Assembly (NCBI RefSeq): GCF_009914755.1
Contig: NC_060925.1
Strand: one strand, 5' to 3'
Length of the DNA stretch: 64,000 nt
From: the human T2T-CHM13v2.0 reference genome, Homo sapiens
The notes below the pieces were generated by a model that was not told the DNA's origin, made no database searches, and worked only from the letters and a program-made list of their open reading frames with translations. The translations under genes and the position numbers were made by a program. Every line of letters begins with the position of its first letter. Position 1 is the stretch's first letter. Positions 1 through 13,180 of this stretch are shown piece after piece.

Positions 1-1174
1 GCCTCTTAGCTTTCCTATATGTTTCATAAAATATATTCTGATCCTTGTGCATGTAACAAAATGTGACTTACTGATTGCCAACCCCAGAGTTTTCTGTCAG
101 TCTTGATTCTGCTCAATTTAACAGTGGCCTTGTAACACAGTCAATCACAATGTTCTTGTCACTTGACTTCACTGGGTAGCAGTGCTTTCTCATCTTGCAT
201 CTTATCTTTCCAATCATCCTTTTTTGCCTGTATAGCAAAGACACTTCCTAAGATTTCTAATGAGCCACTTAGAGTATACAATTAATGGCCAGGGTTGGTT
301 GAAGCACCATGGGGGCTATTACTCTCTGCTGTTCCTCCGAAACTCACAGTCTGTGTGGGACTTAATAGTAATAGGTTCACAGCGAGCATTATATAGAGAA
401 AGAATGTTATCATTTAGTTATAACATGTTTCTTCATAAATGTTCCATGTTCAGAATTCTAGATTTTTGTTCCTATAGCAGATAGCAGCATCTATTATGGG
501 ATACATTTTATATTTTAAAAGAGAAAAGAAAAAATTAGATTTTCTCTCAATTGGCAAATATTACAAAGTAAGTAAAGGCCAGACATGAGCAAATTTAAAA
601 AGAATTAGTACATTTATCCAATATATGACAAGACAATGCATTATTATATACTCAAGATAGATGTAAAAAAAAGTGTCCAGACAGACTCAAAAGATGCTGT
701 ACAAAAAAGTTAGTTGAAAGATATTGTACGTTTTTTTCTTTAATAAAATGTACTATATATACAAATGCACTCTTCTGTTTGCAAGTTTGCCTTTCAACTG
801 TAATATCTTATCTAAGCCAACATCAATAGTTCATTTTATTAATCCAGTTTCTCAGAATTTGCCTAGGCACTTTATTTCTGTTTAAGTGATTCAAATTTGT
901 GAGGCATACAACTTTGCAACCAATCCATTAAATAATTAAAGGCCCTGAGATATTTACTTTTACAGGGGTTGAAAAGGCTTTGAGGAATTAAACAGAGTGA
1001 CATTGAAATTTCCTCTTTTCTGTTTGCTAATTTCACTGATTAATTTGATCAGCTATCCCAAGGCATTTATTGACCTGTCTAGTTCAACTTTATTTTTTAA
1101 ATTATATTTGAGGAACTTAATATGTGAGAATTATTTTGGAAAAATAGCATGTATAAAAAGAAAATAACAGAGTA

Positions 1175-1330
1175 TAGGCGTCAGAGAATCAGGTTTGAAA
1201 AATGATTCTTCCAGATATCAGCTGTGTGACCTTGTCCCAAGCATTTAACTCTTCTGTGCTCAGTAGTGAGGGATTCACAATAAATAAAATAATAATTGAG
1301 ATATATAATGAATCCTTATAAGGACTATGT
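1175..1330 (+). mobile_element. MIR SINE fragment
   Basis: Contains the MIR core-like sequence 'agctgtgtgaccttgtcccaagcatttaactcttctgtgctcagt'. Confidence 0.65.
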
Positions 1331-2238
1331 GTAATTTATTGTGATAATTCTTTGAAGTTATGCTTTCATGGTCAAGGAGCAAAACTTTAGTAATTTGAAG
1401 AGTCAGAAAAAGCTAGAGAGGATGCCGAAGTACTTGGAAATTAGAGTCTAAAGAACTGGGAGAAGAGACCTAAGCCATAGGAAGATGGAGCAGCAGCAAG
1501 GACCATAATGGAAACAGGCATCCAGGCAGTGCGGAAGAGCAGGAACCCAAAGGGGCTGATTTTCCCTGAGACATAGACCATTGCCTCAAGATTTTAAAGT
1601 TTTAAACACTAATGTGGCGAATCTGAGCATGGAACTCTCCTCTGAGGCATTCAGTGTCTCCTGTTTGGAAGCATTCTCTGGCTTCTAGAAGTAGCTGAAA
1701 TAAACCCTTTTGGAGGAAAAAATCACACAGGCTCCCGTAGGGTAAGTCTTGCATACAAGAAAAATTCTTGCTCATGTGTACCAATAAATATTCACAAAAA
1801 TATTTAGAAAAACAATCTTTGTAATAAAAATGTTTTAAAACATCTTTTGCCAGGAATAAACCGTGAAAAATTAAGAACAGTGCAATTACTGGACCCCACG
1901 TACATTCAACAAGATGGTTGAATCTTACCAATGTAATATTGCAAGTACTGGAGGATTACTTTCAGCAGAGACAGAAATGGTAATTCAGACCAGTGCTCCC
2001 ACTAAAAATAACTAGAAAAGCTTTATAAGCAGTAATAATTATCTCCTTGAAAACATCTAAGACTTAACAAAACAGTACAAATTACAGGGGCAACATCCAC
2101 CAAAAACAACAACAACAACAACAAACAAGAGGTGAACCTAAAATTTGAGATTTTTTTTTCCAATAAGGTCATCTGTCAATTCTGAAATAAAAGGGTATGA
2201 AGCTGAGAAACTACACAGACATTTTATATCCTTTAAGC

Positions 2239-2765
2239 CTGGGTTCCCCAACACTTGAGCCTTGAACAGGTACCAGTCCATGGCCTGTTAGGAATCAGGC
2301 CGTACAGTAGGAGGGGAACAGTGGGCCAGTGAGCAAGGGAAGCTTCATCTGTGTTTACAGCTTTACCCCCCATGGCTTACATTACCTCCTGAGCTCTGCC
2401 TCCTGTCAGATCAGAGGCAATATTAGATTCTCAAAGGAGCAAAAACTGTACATGTGAGGGATATAGATTCCATGCCACTTAGGAGACAGAATCTAATGCC
2501 TGATGATCTGACACTGTCTCCCATCACCCCAAGATGCAACCACCTAGTTGCAAGAAAACAAGCTCAGGGCTCCTACTCATTCTACATTGTGGTGAGTTGT
2601 ATAAATATTTCATTATATATAACAATGTAAAAATAATAGAAATAAAGTGCACAATAAATGTAATGCACTTGAATCATCCTGAAGCCATCCCCTCAAGCTC
2701 TGTCTGTGGAAAAAAATATCCTCCACAAAACTGGTTCCTGGTGCCAAAAAGGTTGGGGACCATTG
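2239..2765 (+). mobile_element. MER1A non-autonomous hAT-Charlie DNA transposon, full length
   Basis: Termini ctgggttcccc...ggttggggaccattg resemble the MER1 TIRs. Internal 'ctcctgtcagatcag...ttagattctca' and 'tctagttgcaagaaaacaagctcagggctc'-type motifs are present. A degenerate 8-bp TSD flanks it: ctttaagc (2231-2238) / ccgtaagc (2766-2773). Confidence 0.9.
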
Positions 2766-2809
2766 CCGTAAGCCCTTGAGGGACAAAAAATGGATTCCAG
2801 AGTCTGCCA

Positions 2810-2948
2810 CAAAAAGAGAGAGAGGGAAACAGGTAGGGAGAAGGTAAAGGAGAAAGAAAAGAAGGAGAAGAAAAGGGAGAGAGAAAGAAAGAGAAAGACA
2901 CACACACACACGCACACACACAGAAATGGGAGAGAAAGGGAAAGAGAC
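2810..2948. repeat. GA-rich low-complexity tract with (CA)n microsatellite
   Basis: Purine-rich agagggaaa/gaaag repeats surround (CA)n at about 2898-2922. Confidence 0.9.
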
Positions 2949-2949
2949 A

Positions 2950-3679
2950 ATCTGATAAAATCCCTGAATAGATGGTCACTCATAACATATACCAACGTAG
3001 AATTTGTACTTAATTGAAAATAAACCCCAAACAAAACTGAAGTGAATGTTTGAATATCAGTAACACTCTAAAGTGTCTTCTATAGGCAAAAAAATAAAAA
3101 TAAAAAAAACAACAGATAGAAGCTTGAAAACCGAAAATGAAATGAAGAGAAATGGGAAATAAAATACGTAGATGAACTTAAATAAATAGTGTGCAAAACA
3201 ATAAATATTATGCATATTCTGAAAGTACACAAAAAATAAAATAATGCTATATAAACCATGAGGGAAATAAATAATTTGCACATTCTAAAGTATTTGCACA
3301 GGCCAGGGAGAAGTCAAATGCCAATATTTGGTAAATCAATGATATATATTGTAATATCTAAGATAACCACCAAGGAAAGAGTGAAAAAGTTGGTGACTAC
3401 CATAATTTTCTAATTTTAAAAAAGTAGATAATACACAAATAATCAAAAGAAGACAATTTCAAACATAAGCTGTTCACAAGACACATAGCTGAAATATATA
3501 GCTTCAAAAGGTGAAAATAAAATATTAATAAAAATATATGCAGTCTATAAAGCAGAGAAAAGGTAGCATAACTATGTTAATATCTAACAAATTAGACTTT
3601 GAGCCAATACAAAAGGAGCATTATTAAAAAATAGAAGAACAATTTTAGAGATATAATTTAATTCACTGGTAGAATATAA
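2950..3679 (+). mobile_element. Old, highly decayed L1M fragment
   Basis: A-rich L1-like sequence, including 'aaggtagcataactatgttaatatctaacaaattagacttt', which resembles the ORF2 endonuclease region (GVAILISDKIDF). Confidence 0.55.
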
Positions 3680-4127
3680 TATTAAAGAAAAAACTATTCT
3701 GATGCTTGTTAAAGAGGAAAAGGAAGACTTTATTCAAGGGACTATGGCAAAGGGGTTTTTCAGTAGTGGAGATAGGTTGGGCTCAACATTGAGCATATCA
3801 ACTTACAAAAAAGTGAGGATGTATAGCCAAAGAACAATAATGTGGTCAATGGAGGGAAAATTACTAAGAAGAAACATCAGGGGTTGAGGTGGGATTCTGA
3901 CTAAACCAACTTGACAGGATTCTTGCTGAAGGCAGGCCAGGGTGATCAGATAGCACCTAGGGGATGGTGAGCAATGAAATTTGATCAGATATCCAAGGTG
4001 GGAAATTCTCACGAAATTTACTTAGCAAGATTCCTATTCTTGAGGACCAAGCTCAAGACGGGGCCGAGTTGAAAAATGGCTTGAAGGAGCCTAACTGAAA
4101 TTTGATTAAGGAGAATGCCTTTGTTCA
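3680..4127 (-). mobile_element. MER31-like ERV1 solo LTR
   Basis: 'ttaaagaaaaaactattc...aaggaagactttattca' (AATAAA on the minus strand) and 'gaaaattactaagaagaaacatcagggg...acaggattcttgctgaag...ggtgatcaga' match the antisense MER31 consensus as recalled. Confidence 0.75.
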
Positions 4128-5416
4128 ACAAAAATGAAAATTTGTATAATCTTACAATGAATAAGGAGGAATGACCACAAATTATCAACGTTATATTAAT
4201 AAGAAGAGATAACAGATAATAAAGTAGTCAAAAATGGAATTTCCAAAATATCAAACATAACAAAGTAATTATAGTGCTTAGCTATAAATATTTTTAAAAT
4301 CTTCATTTAAAACATTATTTCAAATCGTACCTTGGTAGATTATTCAAAATTAGCCTTTAGTCTTGATGCCTTACAAAATAAATATTCATGAGTATACAGA
4401 AAAAGACAAAACATACAAGAATGGTATATATAATGGTAATACATGCAGTAGATATAAATTATCAGTATCTACACAGTACATAGACTATACAGAGTTTAAA
4501 AAATATTATAGAGTATTATCTCTCATCTCTCTAGATCTATATTCAGTTACTTCTGCAGTAGCTAACATAATGTTAAATATGGTTCAGTACAACATTTTTT
4601 ATTTTGTATTTTAAATTTGTTTAAAGAATAGACTTGTGAAAGTTAACAAAATATCAACTTTGCAACTTAAAATTACTTTAGCATTTTATTTTGAAGTTAT
4701 TCAAAATGTGATATAAAAAGATAAAATATGAAATAAATCAAACTAATTCTATCATATAAAACATACTTTCATTTTTGCATGTTACCTTTGCACTTTTTCT
4801 AAATGTATAGCAACACTATTTATCACCAAGGTATTGTTATCATTTGATATACTGCTTTTCCTTATTTATATTATTTCATACAGTATTTTACTATTTTGAT
4901 ATATCAGTAATAATCATTATTATAACAAGCAAATATTTTGATTTGATATATGGTAACTTGTCAAACATTTGTTATTATTTCATTTTGAATATAACTATAA
5001 ATAATGTTTTAATTAATATATTTTATTTTCTTTTTTCATTTTGGTAACTTTTTTCCTAAGGAAAATCAGTAAGAAGACTATAAATGAGTTATAGAATGAG
5101 TACAAATGTGATTCTTATTGTTGTATAAACTTCCAAAAACGGTAATATTTTCTTTCATAAAAATAAACTAAAATTTGACCTGGCAACACAAACCTACTTG
5201 AGAATTTAATGAAGAAATGAGATAAAAATATTCAGAGATAAGAAAGAAAACTTATGGTTACTTCTACTGAAGAGTTTATTATTTACTTAGATTGCTAGAA
5301 CATTGCTGCTCAAATAAAGTAATTTTTCTATTTTCTCTAATTGCTACAAGTCCATGACTATTTCTGCTATTGTAATTTTTGGTATTGTTTACTGGGTATT
5401 AAGTTAGCAGCACGCA

Positions 5417-5558
5417 TTTTTTTTTTTTTTTTTTTGAGACGGAGTCTTAGCCGCCCAGGCTGGAGCAGTGGCGCCATCTCGGCTCACTGCAACCTCCGCC
5501 CCCAACACCCCCCTCCGCCGGGTTCAAGCGATTCTCCTGCCTCAGCCTCCCAAGTAGC
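5417..5558 (-). mobile_element. 5'-truncated Alu (3' part of right arm only)
   Basis: Poly-T followed by gagacggagtc...cccaggctggag...ctcagcctcccaagtagc, after which Alu similarity stops abruptly. Confidence 0.9.
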
Positions 5559-6781
5559 AAGCTTTTTTATTTTACTTAACATATTTCTTGAAATGCTTAT
5601 GTTTTGACATTGAAGATATTCTTTAGCACTTTATCTTTACCTATTACTACTTTAAGACATTATAATCATAAGATGGTACAGGAGATTCTGCTAAATATGT
5701 GTTCCTGAAAACCCTCTTATTCTGCAAAATCATACACTAAAAGAATCTGGCTGTGATAGAGATTGATTTTGTGCCAGCCGCACAAATCCTAGGGACATTG
5801 CAATCAGAGACCTGATAAAAGCAGTAGCAATCCCAATAAAAATATTAGTACAATTAAAACTCTTTGAGAATTTGCACCTGGAATGACAATCTGTTGTAGC
5901 TTTAAGTCATGCGACTTGTGCCTACCCCAAAATGAAGATTCCAGAAGACATTATTTTTTTTTCCCAAAATGCGGAACAGTTTCACCAAACCTAATAAATG
6001 TGATCCAGGAGGAGACATTTCCAATTATTTTTCTAAATAAAGGAGAATATGCCCTTACAGCTTCCCTACTACACTTAAACATTCCAGAGATAGCTTAAGA
6101 GACTGGAAAGTTTAGCAGTTAAAATTCTGTCAACTATTCACTTCTTAGCCCAAAAGAAAATGCTTGCATGGGAGTTTCCGCATTTTTAAGCATCTCTTCA
6201 AAACATTTACCTGATGGGGAAAATTGCATATAAACAAGCATGTCCTTACTGATATCAATCTATTTACCCAACATGTATAATCTAATTCATATTTACATGC
6301 AAACATGTCATAAAACATAATATATCTTTCCACAGTAAGGTTTTATAAAAATTGTGGGGGCTTAGGAGGTTTTATATATGGAGCCACTGTATTTGAAAGT
6401 TTTGAGCTAATGTACTTCTTATTTGAGTCATTTAATCTAATGACTCTTTTCTAATATGTTTTCATATGTAATATTCAAAATTAATGTTTGCTTATATTGT
6501 ATCATTTGCTTATTTTCATAGTTCCCTTTTTATCCTTATAATTAATAGTAACCTTCACATTTGTGTGGAACTTTATATTTGTCTTCTAATTCATGTTTTA
6601 TTTTTTCTTTATGTAAAATAAATAAATACATCTATTTTGTCACATAGGATTTTGTTTCCCATGAATGAAGACATAAAATGATTTTATTTTATATTTGTGT
6701 ATAAAATTATACACTTTAGAAAGAAATAACTATTTTGTTAAAAATATATAATATTGTGTAAGCACCAGAAGGCCTAATTCT

Positions 6782-8982
6782 TTTTCTTTTTTTAAATTAT
6801 ACTTTAAGTTCTGGAATACATGTGCAGAACGTGCAGGTTTGTTACACAGGTATACACGTGCTATGGTGGTTTGCTGCACCCATCAACCCATCACCTCCAT
6901 TAGGTATTTCTCCTAATGTTATCCCTCCTCTTGCACCCCAACACCCCAACAAGCCCTGGTGTGTGATATTCCCCTCCCTGTGTCCATATGTTCTCGTTGT
7001 TCAACTCCCACTCATGAGTGAGAACATGCAGTGTTTGGTTTTCTGTTCCTGTGTTAGTTTGCTGAGAATGATGGTTCCTAGCTCCATCCATTTCCCTGCA
7101 AAAGACATGTACTCATCCTTTTTTATGGCTGTATAGTATTCCACGGTGTATATTTGCCACATTTTCTTTATCCAGTCATCATTCATGGGCGTTTGAGTTG
7201 GTCTTTTCTATTGTGAACAGTGCTGCAATAAACATACATGTGCATTTGTCTTTATAGTAGAATGATTTATAATCCTTTGGGTATATAACAGTAATGGGAT
7301 TGCTGGGTCAAATGGTATTTCTGGTTCCAGATCATTGAGGAATTGCCACGCTGTCTTTCTCAATGGTTGAACTAATTGACACTCCCACCAACAGTGTAAA
7401 AACTTTTCTATTTGTCCATGTCCTGTCCAGCATCTGTTGTTTCCTGACTTTTTAATGATCACCATTCTAACTGGCATGAGATAGTATCTCACTGTGGTTC
7501 TGATTTGCATTTCTCTAATGACCATTGATGATGAACTTTTGTTCATGTGTTTGTTGGCCGCATAAATGTCTTCTTTTGAGAAGTGTCTGTTCATATCCCT
7601 TGCCCACTTTTTGATAGGGTTGTTTTTTTTTTCTTGTAAATCTGTTTAAGTTCCTTGTAGATTCTGTATATTAGCCCTTTGTCAGGTGGATAGATTACAA
7701 AAATTTTCTCCCATTCTATAGGTTGCCCGTTCACTCTGATAATAGTTTATTTTGCTGAAGCCTACTTCTGTCAATTCGTCAAACTCATTCTCTGTCCAGT
7801 TTTGTTCCTTTGCTGGTGAGGATTTGTGATTCTTTGGAGAAGAGGCATTCCGGTTTTTGGAATTGTCAGCCTTTTTGTGGTGGTTTCTCCCCATCTTTGT
7901 GGATTTATCTACCTTTGGTCTTTGATATTGTTGACCCTCAGATAGGGTCTCTGATTAGATGTCCTTTTTGTTGATGTTGATGCTATTCCTTTCTGTTAGT
8001 TTCCCTTCTGATAGTCAGGCCCCTCTGCTGCAAGTCTGCTGGAGTTGGCTGGAGGTCCACTCCAGACATTTGCCTCACCAGCTGAGACTGCAGAACAGCA
8101 AAGGTTGCTGCCTGTTCCTTTCTCTGGAAGCTTTGTCCCAGAGGGAACCTGCCAGATGCCAGTCAGAGCTCTCCTTTATGAGGTGTCTGTCAGCCCCTAC
8201 TGAGAGGTGTCTCCCAGTCAGGATACACAGGGGTCAGAGACCCACTTGAGGAGGAAGTCTGACCCTTAGCAGAGCTCGAACGCTGTGCTGGGAGATCTGC
8301 TGCTCTCTTCAGAGCTGTCAGGCAGGGATGTTTAAGTCTGCTGAAGCTGCCCCCACAGCCACCCCTTCCCCCAGGTGTTCTGTCCCAGGTAGATGGGGGT
8401 TTTATCTCTAAGCCCCTGACTGGGTCTGCTGCCTTTTTTTCAGAGATGTCCTGCCCAGAAAGGAGGAATCTAGAGAGGCAGTCTGGCCACAGTGGCCTTG
8501 CTGAGCTGCAGTGGGCTCTGCCCATTTTGAACTTCCCAGTGGCTTTGTTTACACCGCGAGAGTAAAACGGCCTACTCAAGCCTCAGCAATAGGAGGATGC
8601 CCCTCCGCACCAAGCTTGAGTGTCCCGGGTGGACCTCAGACTGCTCTGCTGACAGTGAGAATTTCAAGCCAGTGGATCGTAGCTTGCTAGGTTCTGTGGG
8701 GGTGGGATCCGCTGAGCTGGACCACTTGGCTCCCCAGCTTCTGCCCCCTTTCTAGGGAAGTGAACGGTTCTGTCTCGCTGGCATTCCAGGCACCACTGGG
8801 GTATGAAAAAAACTCCTGCAGCTAGCTCAGTGTCTGCCCAATAGGCTGCCCAGTTTTGTGCTTGAAACCCAGGGCCCTGGTGGTGTAGGCACCCAAGGGA
8901 ATATCCTGGTCTGGGGGTTGCAAAGACTGTGGGAAAAGTGTAGTATCTGGGCCAGAATGCACCATTCCTCATGGCACAGTCT
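6782..8982 (-). mobile_element. L1PA7/8-like LINE-1 with a ~4 kb internal deletion (5'UTR and ORF1 start joined to ORF2 3' end and 3'UTR)
   Basis: 3'UTR 'ttatactttaagttctgg...catgtgcagaacgtgcagg'. ORF2 C-terminal peptide at 7208-7594 ([11 protein letters not shown]...HCWWEC...PFDPAIPLL). ORF1 N-terminus MGRN...ENEFDELTEVGF starts at 7894. GC-richer 5'UTR extends to 8982. TSD AGAAGGCCTAATTCT (6767-6781) / AGAGGGCCTAATTCT (8983-8997). Confidence 0.95.
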
Positions 8983-9709
8983 AGAGGGCCTAATTCTAAT
9001 ATGCTAGTATATTAGCATGCACAATATATTTCATATTATGAATAGATACTTTCTATATTCTAAATTTTATAAATGTTATGCTATTATTTATAAGGTAGTA
9101 TACTGTTAGATGAAGCATATTGATAGACGAAGTAGATAATAATATGTTTAACATCTACTCTATGTACTTGCATATTATATAGTTTACTATATATTTCAAA
9201 AGCAGAGTGTTAGTTTTCAGATTATAAAATTATTCCACCTTGGAACTAATCACATATATGGCTTCTGTTCTTTCTTTCCGTCTCTTCTTCTATTCCTAGC
9301 TCTTCACTTTGACTTTTTTTCTGCTTTCTAGTCTCCTTTTTATTGTACTATAAATTAAATGAGACAGAATTTAGATAGATAATGCTTGGAAACAAGTAGA
9401 TTTATTTAATCAGAATAGCAGGGATCTTAATAATACAGCCATATTGAAAGAATTCAAACCAAATCAGACTGATTTATAATCAAGTTTTCACTAGCAAAGC
9501 TGAGAATTAAAGGAAGTATTGTAGTGAAAAATCTTTTTCAGCTTATATTTGTCCTTTTACCTCTAATTTTGATGACTGAATTTAATATTAAGTGTATTAA
9601 TTACTTGTATTTTAAAAATCTATTTAGAAACTTAGTAATATAATGATAGTTACATTATACTGCAACTATACCAAAATAGTATTCCACAACAGCAAATATT
9701 TCAACTTAT

Positions 9710-10060
9710 TTATTCAGTAATTATATATTAAATTGCTATTCTGTGTCAGCTGTGTAGAAAGACAAACAACAACAAAGATATAAACTGAAGAAATCTTGAC
9801 ATTCAAATAGTAGATACAGAAAGGAAAGCTTCAAAAAGGACTGAGAAGAGATATTGAAAAGGAGCATTGTCTCAGAAGCTAAGAAAATACGTTAAAAGGA
9901 GGAAGTTGTCAACAGTGTCTATTGTCACATAAATATCAATTAAGTATGGGTTGGAAAGTATGCAACCATTGCATCCATCTCTATCCAGACAAGTTAGAGA
10001 TGACTTTCTCTGGAGGAGATTAATTACATGTAACAATAGAAGTCAGACTGCTGTTGGGGT
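9710..10060 (-). mobile_element. L2 LINE fragments
   Basis: 'ttattcagtaattatatattaaattgctattctgtgtcag' resembles the antisense L2 3' end, followed by decayed L2 body motifs ('aggaagttgtcaacagtgtc', 'gaagtcagactg'). Confidence 0.5.
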
Positions 10061-10109
10061 AAAAGTGAATGTAAAAAATGACTACATGTAAAATGAGATG
10101 AAATCTGAA

Positions 10110-11045
10110 GAAGGTTTGTTGTCTAGTTAATAGTTGCATTGATGAGAATTTTCCAGTTATGATATTGTGCTATAGTTATGTAAGCTGTTACCTGTCAGAG
10201 AAGCTATGTAAAAGATATACAGAACTCTATATTATTTTTGTATATTTATGTGCATCTAAAATTATTCCAAAATAAAAAGTGCAAGAAAAGTGAATTTCTA
10301 ATCTTTTTGAATTCAACTCTATACCTTCATTCAAAAGAGAAAAATACCCATAATTCAATTATATTTACCAATTTGTTTTTCACAGTACTTACTTTGTAGA
10401 AATTCTGTAACCATTTGGGCAGTACTGTAGGATTGAGCAAATGAATATAAACACATTGATATTGGAGCCACAGCTCTCCCTATAGAAGAAGTAAGTAAAA
10501 CATATAGAGTAAGGAAAGGCCAGAAAATATTCTGTAGTGTTAGCTTACAATCAGAAATATCAGTATAAATTTATGATTTTAATGTATAGCAATACCTACT
10601 GTTCATTATACAGCGTACTCATAAAATTTACTTCATTTATGTGTGTTCTATGTGGAAGAAGAAAGATAAAAATACAGAATGCTGTAAGGCATGGGAGAGT
10701 CTTGAACTTATCATTTCATATAGGACAAACTATGCTCATTACTACTGAAGAATCATTGCTTCCAATCTCTTTCAGGAATAGAAAAGACAGCCAGGAATAG
10801 AAAAGTCAATTTTGTCTTGTCCAACCCAACTAAAATAGAAAGTGTGTGATGACATAAAAGTTGGTCAAAAATATTCTGGAGTGGTGTGTGTGTGTGTGTG
10901 TGTGTGTTAGAGTGAGAATGAGTGCTAAGCAAATATAGCAAAATGTTAGCAACTGGCAAATGTGAGTGAAGGATTTATGAATGTTCCTAGTAATATTCTT
11001 GCCACTCTTCTTTTAGCTTGAAAATTTATACAAACTAAAAATTAA
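10110..11045 (+). mobile_element. Old L1M (L1MC/MD-like) 3'UTR fragments with (TG)n at 10884-10907
   Basis: Two L1M terminal motifs: 'gaactctatattatttttgtatatttatgtgcatctaaaattattccaaaataaaaagt' and 'gcaaaatgttagcaactgg...tattcttgccactcttcttttagcttgaaaattt'. Confidence 0.6.
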
Positions 11046-11194
11046 GAAGGTGTGAATATAAGGTAAACAAGTAGAGATGTAAGTATAAACTAATATTTTT
11101 TAAAAACTTATTTTTAAAGGGAAGGAGAGAAAGAGAATGATGCATAAATGAAAGAAGACAGAAATATGGATTTTAAAAATTAGTAATAATATAA

Positions 11195-11400
11195 CATTCC
11201 CTCATTGAATGTTTATCATCGGATAGCCATTTTCCAAATGCTATTCTTAGATTAATTCATTTAATTCACACAAAATCCTGTGGTGATAGGTACAGTTTTC
11301 CCAATTTCACAAAAGAGGGAATTGAGGCACAGGGATTCCTAATTAACCTAGTCAAAGTGACACAGATGATAGATGGAAAAACTGATTCAAGTAGAAGCAG
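11195..11400 (-). mobile_element. MIR SINE
   Basis: 'tcatttaattcacacaaaatcctgtggtgatagg...ccaatttcacaaaagaggggaattgaggcacagg...agtcaaagtgacacag' is an antisense MIR core. Confidence 0.8.
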
Positions 11401-12031
11401 TCCAGTTGTAGAGCCAGTGAGATAAACCGTCATAGCTGGGGAAGCAGACATCTTCACACAGCAAGGAGACGAATCCAGTGCCTAACAAGATGTTGAAGCC
11501 ACAAAGGAAAGTCCTCTAGCATTAAGATGGATTATGGTTTGAAATTGCATGTGGAAAAACTGGCCTCAAATAAAATAAGAAACATTTCTTTTTACCAGGT
11601 TTAGAATATACTGTGGCAATTAAATAGAGTGAGAAAGATGATAATTGATGTAACTCATGTAAAAGCTAGTATATATTTAAATAAAATTATGTATCAATTT
11701 GACAAGTCATATTATTGATGATTATTAGAAATTGTAGCTTACCTAATAGGCATGGACCAAAACTGGCGATCCTTTTATGAATAAATGGCTGCTTCTCATG
11801 GTAACTGTAATAATCTCTTAAACGGAAACATAGCTCCTATCATCAAATCATGTGAATGGAAATACGATATTAGCATAAAGAAAGCATAGTATTTCATTTT
11901 TTTTTTGAAATTGACAGTAGACATAGTTGGGTACAAGTAAAATAATAAAAATGCACCAATGATCAGGTTAAATTATGCATATTTTGGATAATTGCTGAGA
12001 AATAGCACTACCATTCTTATAAAAGATGTGT

Positions 12032-12323
12032 AGTCAGGTGTGGTGGCTCACACCTCTAATCCTAGCATTATGGAAGGCCAAGACAGGAGTATCACTGGAG
12101 CCTAGGAGTTCAAGGCCAGAATGGGCAATGTGGCTGGACAATGTCCCTACAAAAATTAAAAAAAAAAAAAATTGGCTGGGCATGGTGGCAAGTGTCTCTA
12201 GTCCCAGCTATTTGGGAGGCTGAGGTGGGAGGATCGCTTGAGCCCAGGATGTCAAGGCTGTAGTGAGCCACGATTGCAGCACTGCACTCCAGCCTGAGTG
12301 ACAGAGCAAGACCCTGTTTCAAA
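12032..12323 (+). mobile_element. AluJ, full-length dimer, followed by (TG/TA)n
   Basis: Two arms with an A-rich linker. The 'gaggatcgcttgagcccaggatgtcaaggctgtagtgagc' variant is J-type. Confidence 0.95.
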
Positions 12324-13061
12324 TATATGTGCGTATGTGTATGTATGCATGTGTGTGTGATATATATATATATATCATATGTGTTCATAATGTGTTCTTG
12401 TGAGATAATCAGATATTTTGTTTATATTAAGAATAAATATTAAAATGTGTGTGATAGAAAATGTGTACTAGAATGACCAAGTTCTAGAAAAAAAAATTAA
12501 AATTACTTTCCCCCAGTACTGATTTCCCTGCTGACTAATATTGTGACATGCTATTGACTATAATGCTGGCTCCTTCTTTTCTGTATTCATTCACATTTCC
12601 AGGCCTGGTTCAAGACAACTCTTGAATATTTTTTTCAAGCCACCTATGTGACAACAGAATCTTAACATAAAGAACTGGCCAAACTCTTTCAAAGTAATGT
12701 ATTTTTTTCCAATCATTCTATGTACTGATTCTTATAGAAGAACATATAGTATATTAGGCAAATATATCTTTAATATTCTTAAAAGAAATTCTTCTCACCT
12801 CTAAGCACCTTTGAAAACTACAAGAAAACACTAGGACTCAATTTTTCTTTTTTTTGGTAAAATATTCAAGACCTCTCATATCAAACAATATCATACAGAG
12901 AAGGGCATTATTAGTAGTTACAGCCATATCATATGTAGGATAAATATATACTACTTTAGAGTTTATGTAAAGCAAAATGCAAATAAAATGAGCACTTGCT
13001 GATTGGATATAAGGCTGTGTGCTGTGGAGGGAAAGTGCAGACAAAAATATCAAGGTGAGTG

Positions 13062-13180
13062 AGCTGGGCATGGTGGCACAGGGCTGTAATCCCATCTACT
13101 CTGGAGGCTGAGGCAGGGGGGATTGCCTGAGTCCAGGAGTTCGAGATTCTGGGCAACATAGTTTAGACTCCATCTCAAAA
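13062..13180 (+). mobile_element. FLAM-like free Alu monomer
   Basis: A single ~120 bp monomer: gctgggcatggtggc...gagtccaggagttcgag...gggcaacatag...ccatctcaaaa. Confidence 0.85.

Noticed and set aside
2534-3283. Cluster of overlapping 70-113 aa ORFs
   Set aside because: They arise from MER1A, GA/CA simple repeats and A-rich L1 decay, and give low-complexity peptides.
7959-8972. ORFs and higher GC content as a CpG-island gene promoter
   Set aside because: This is L1 5'UTR sequence with decayed CpGs, and the 5'-most promoter part is truncated.
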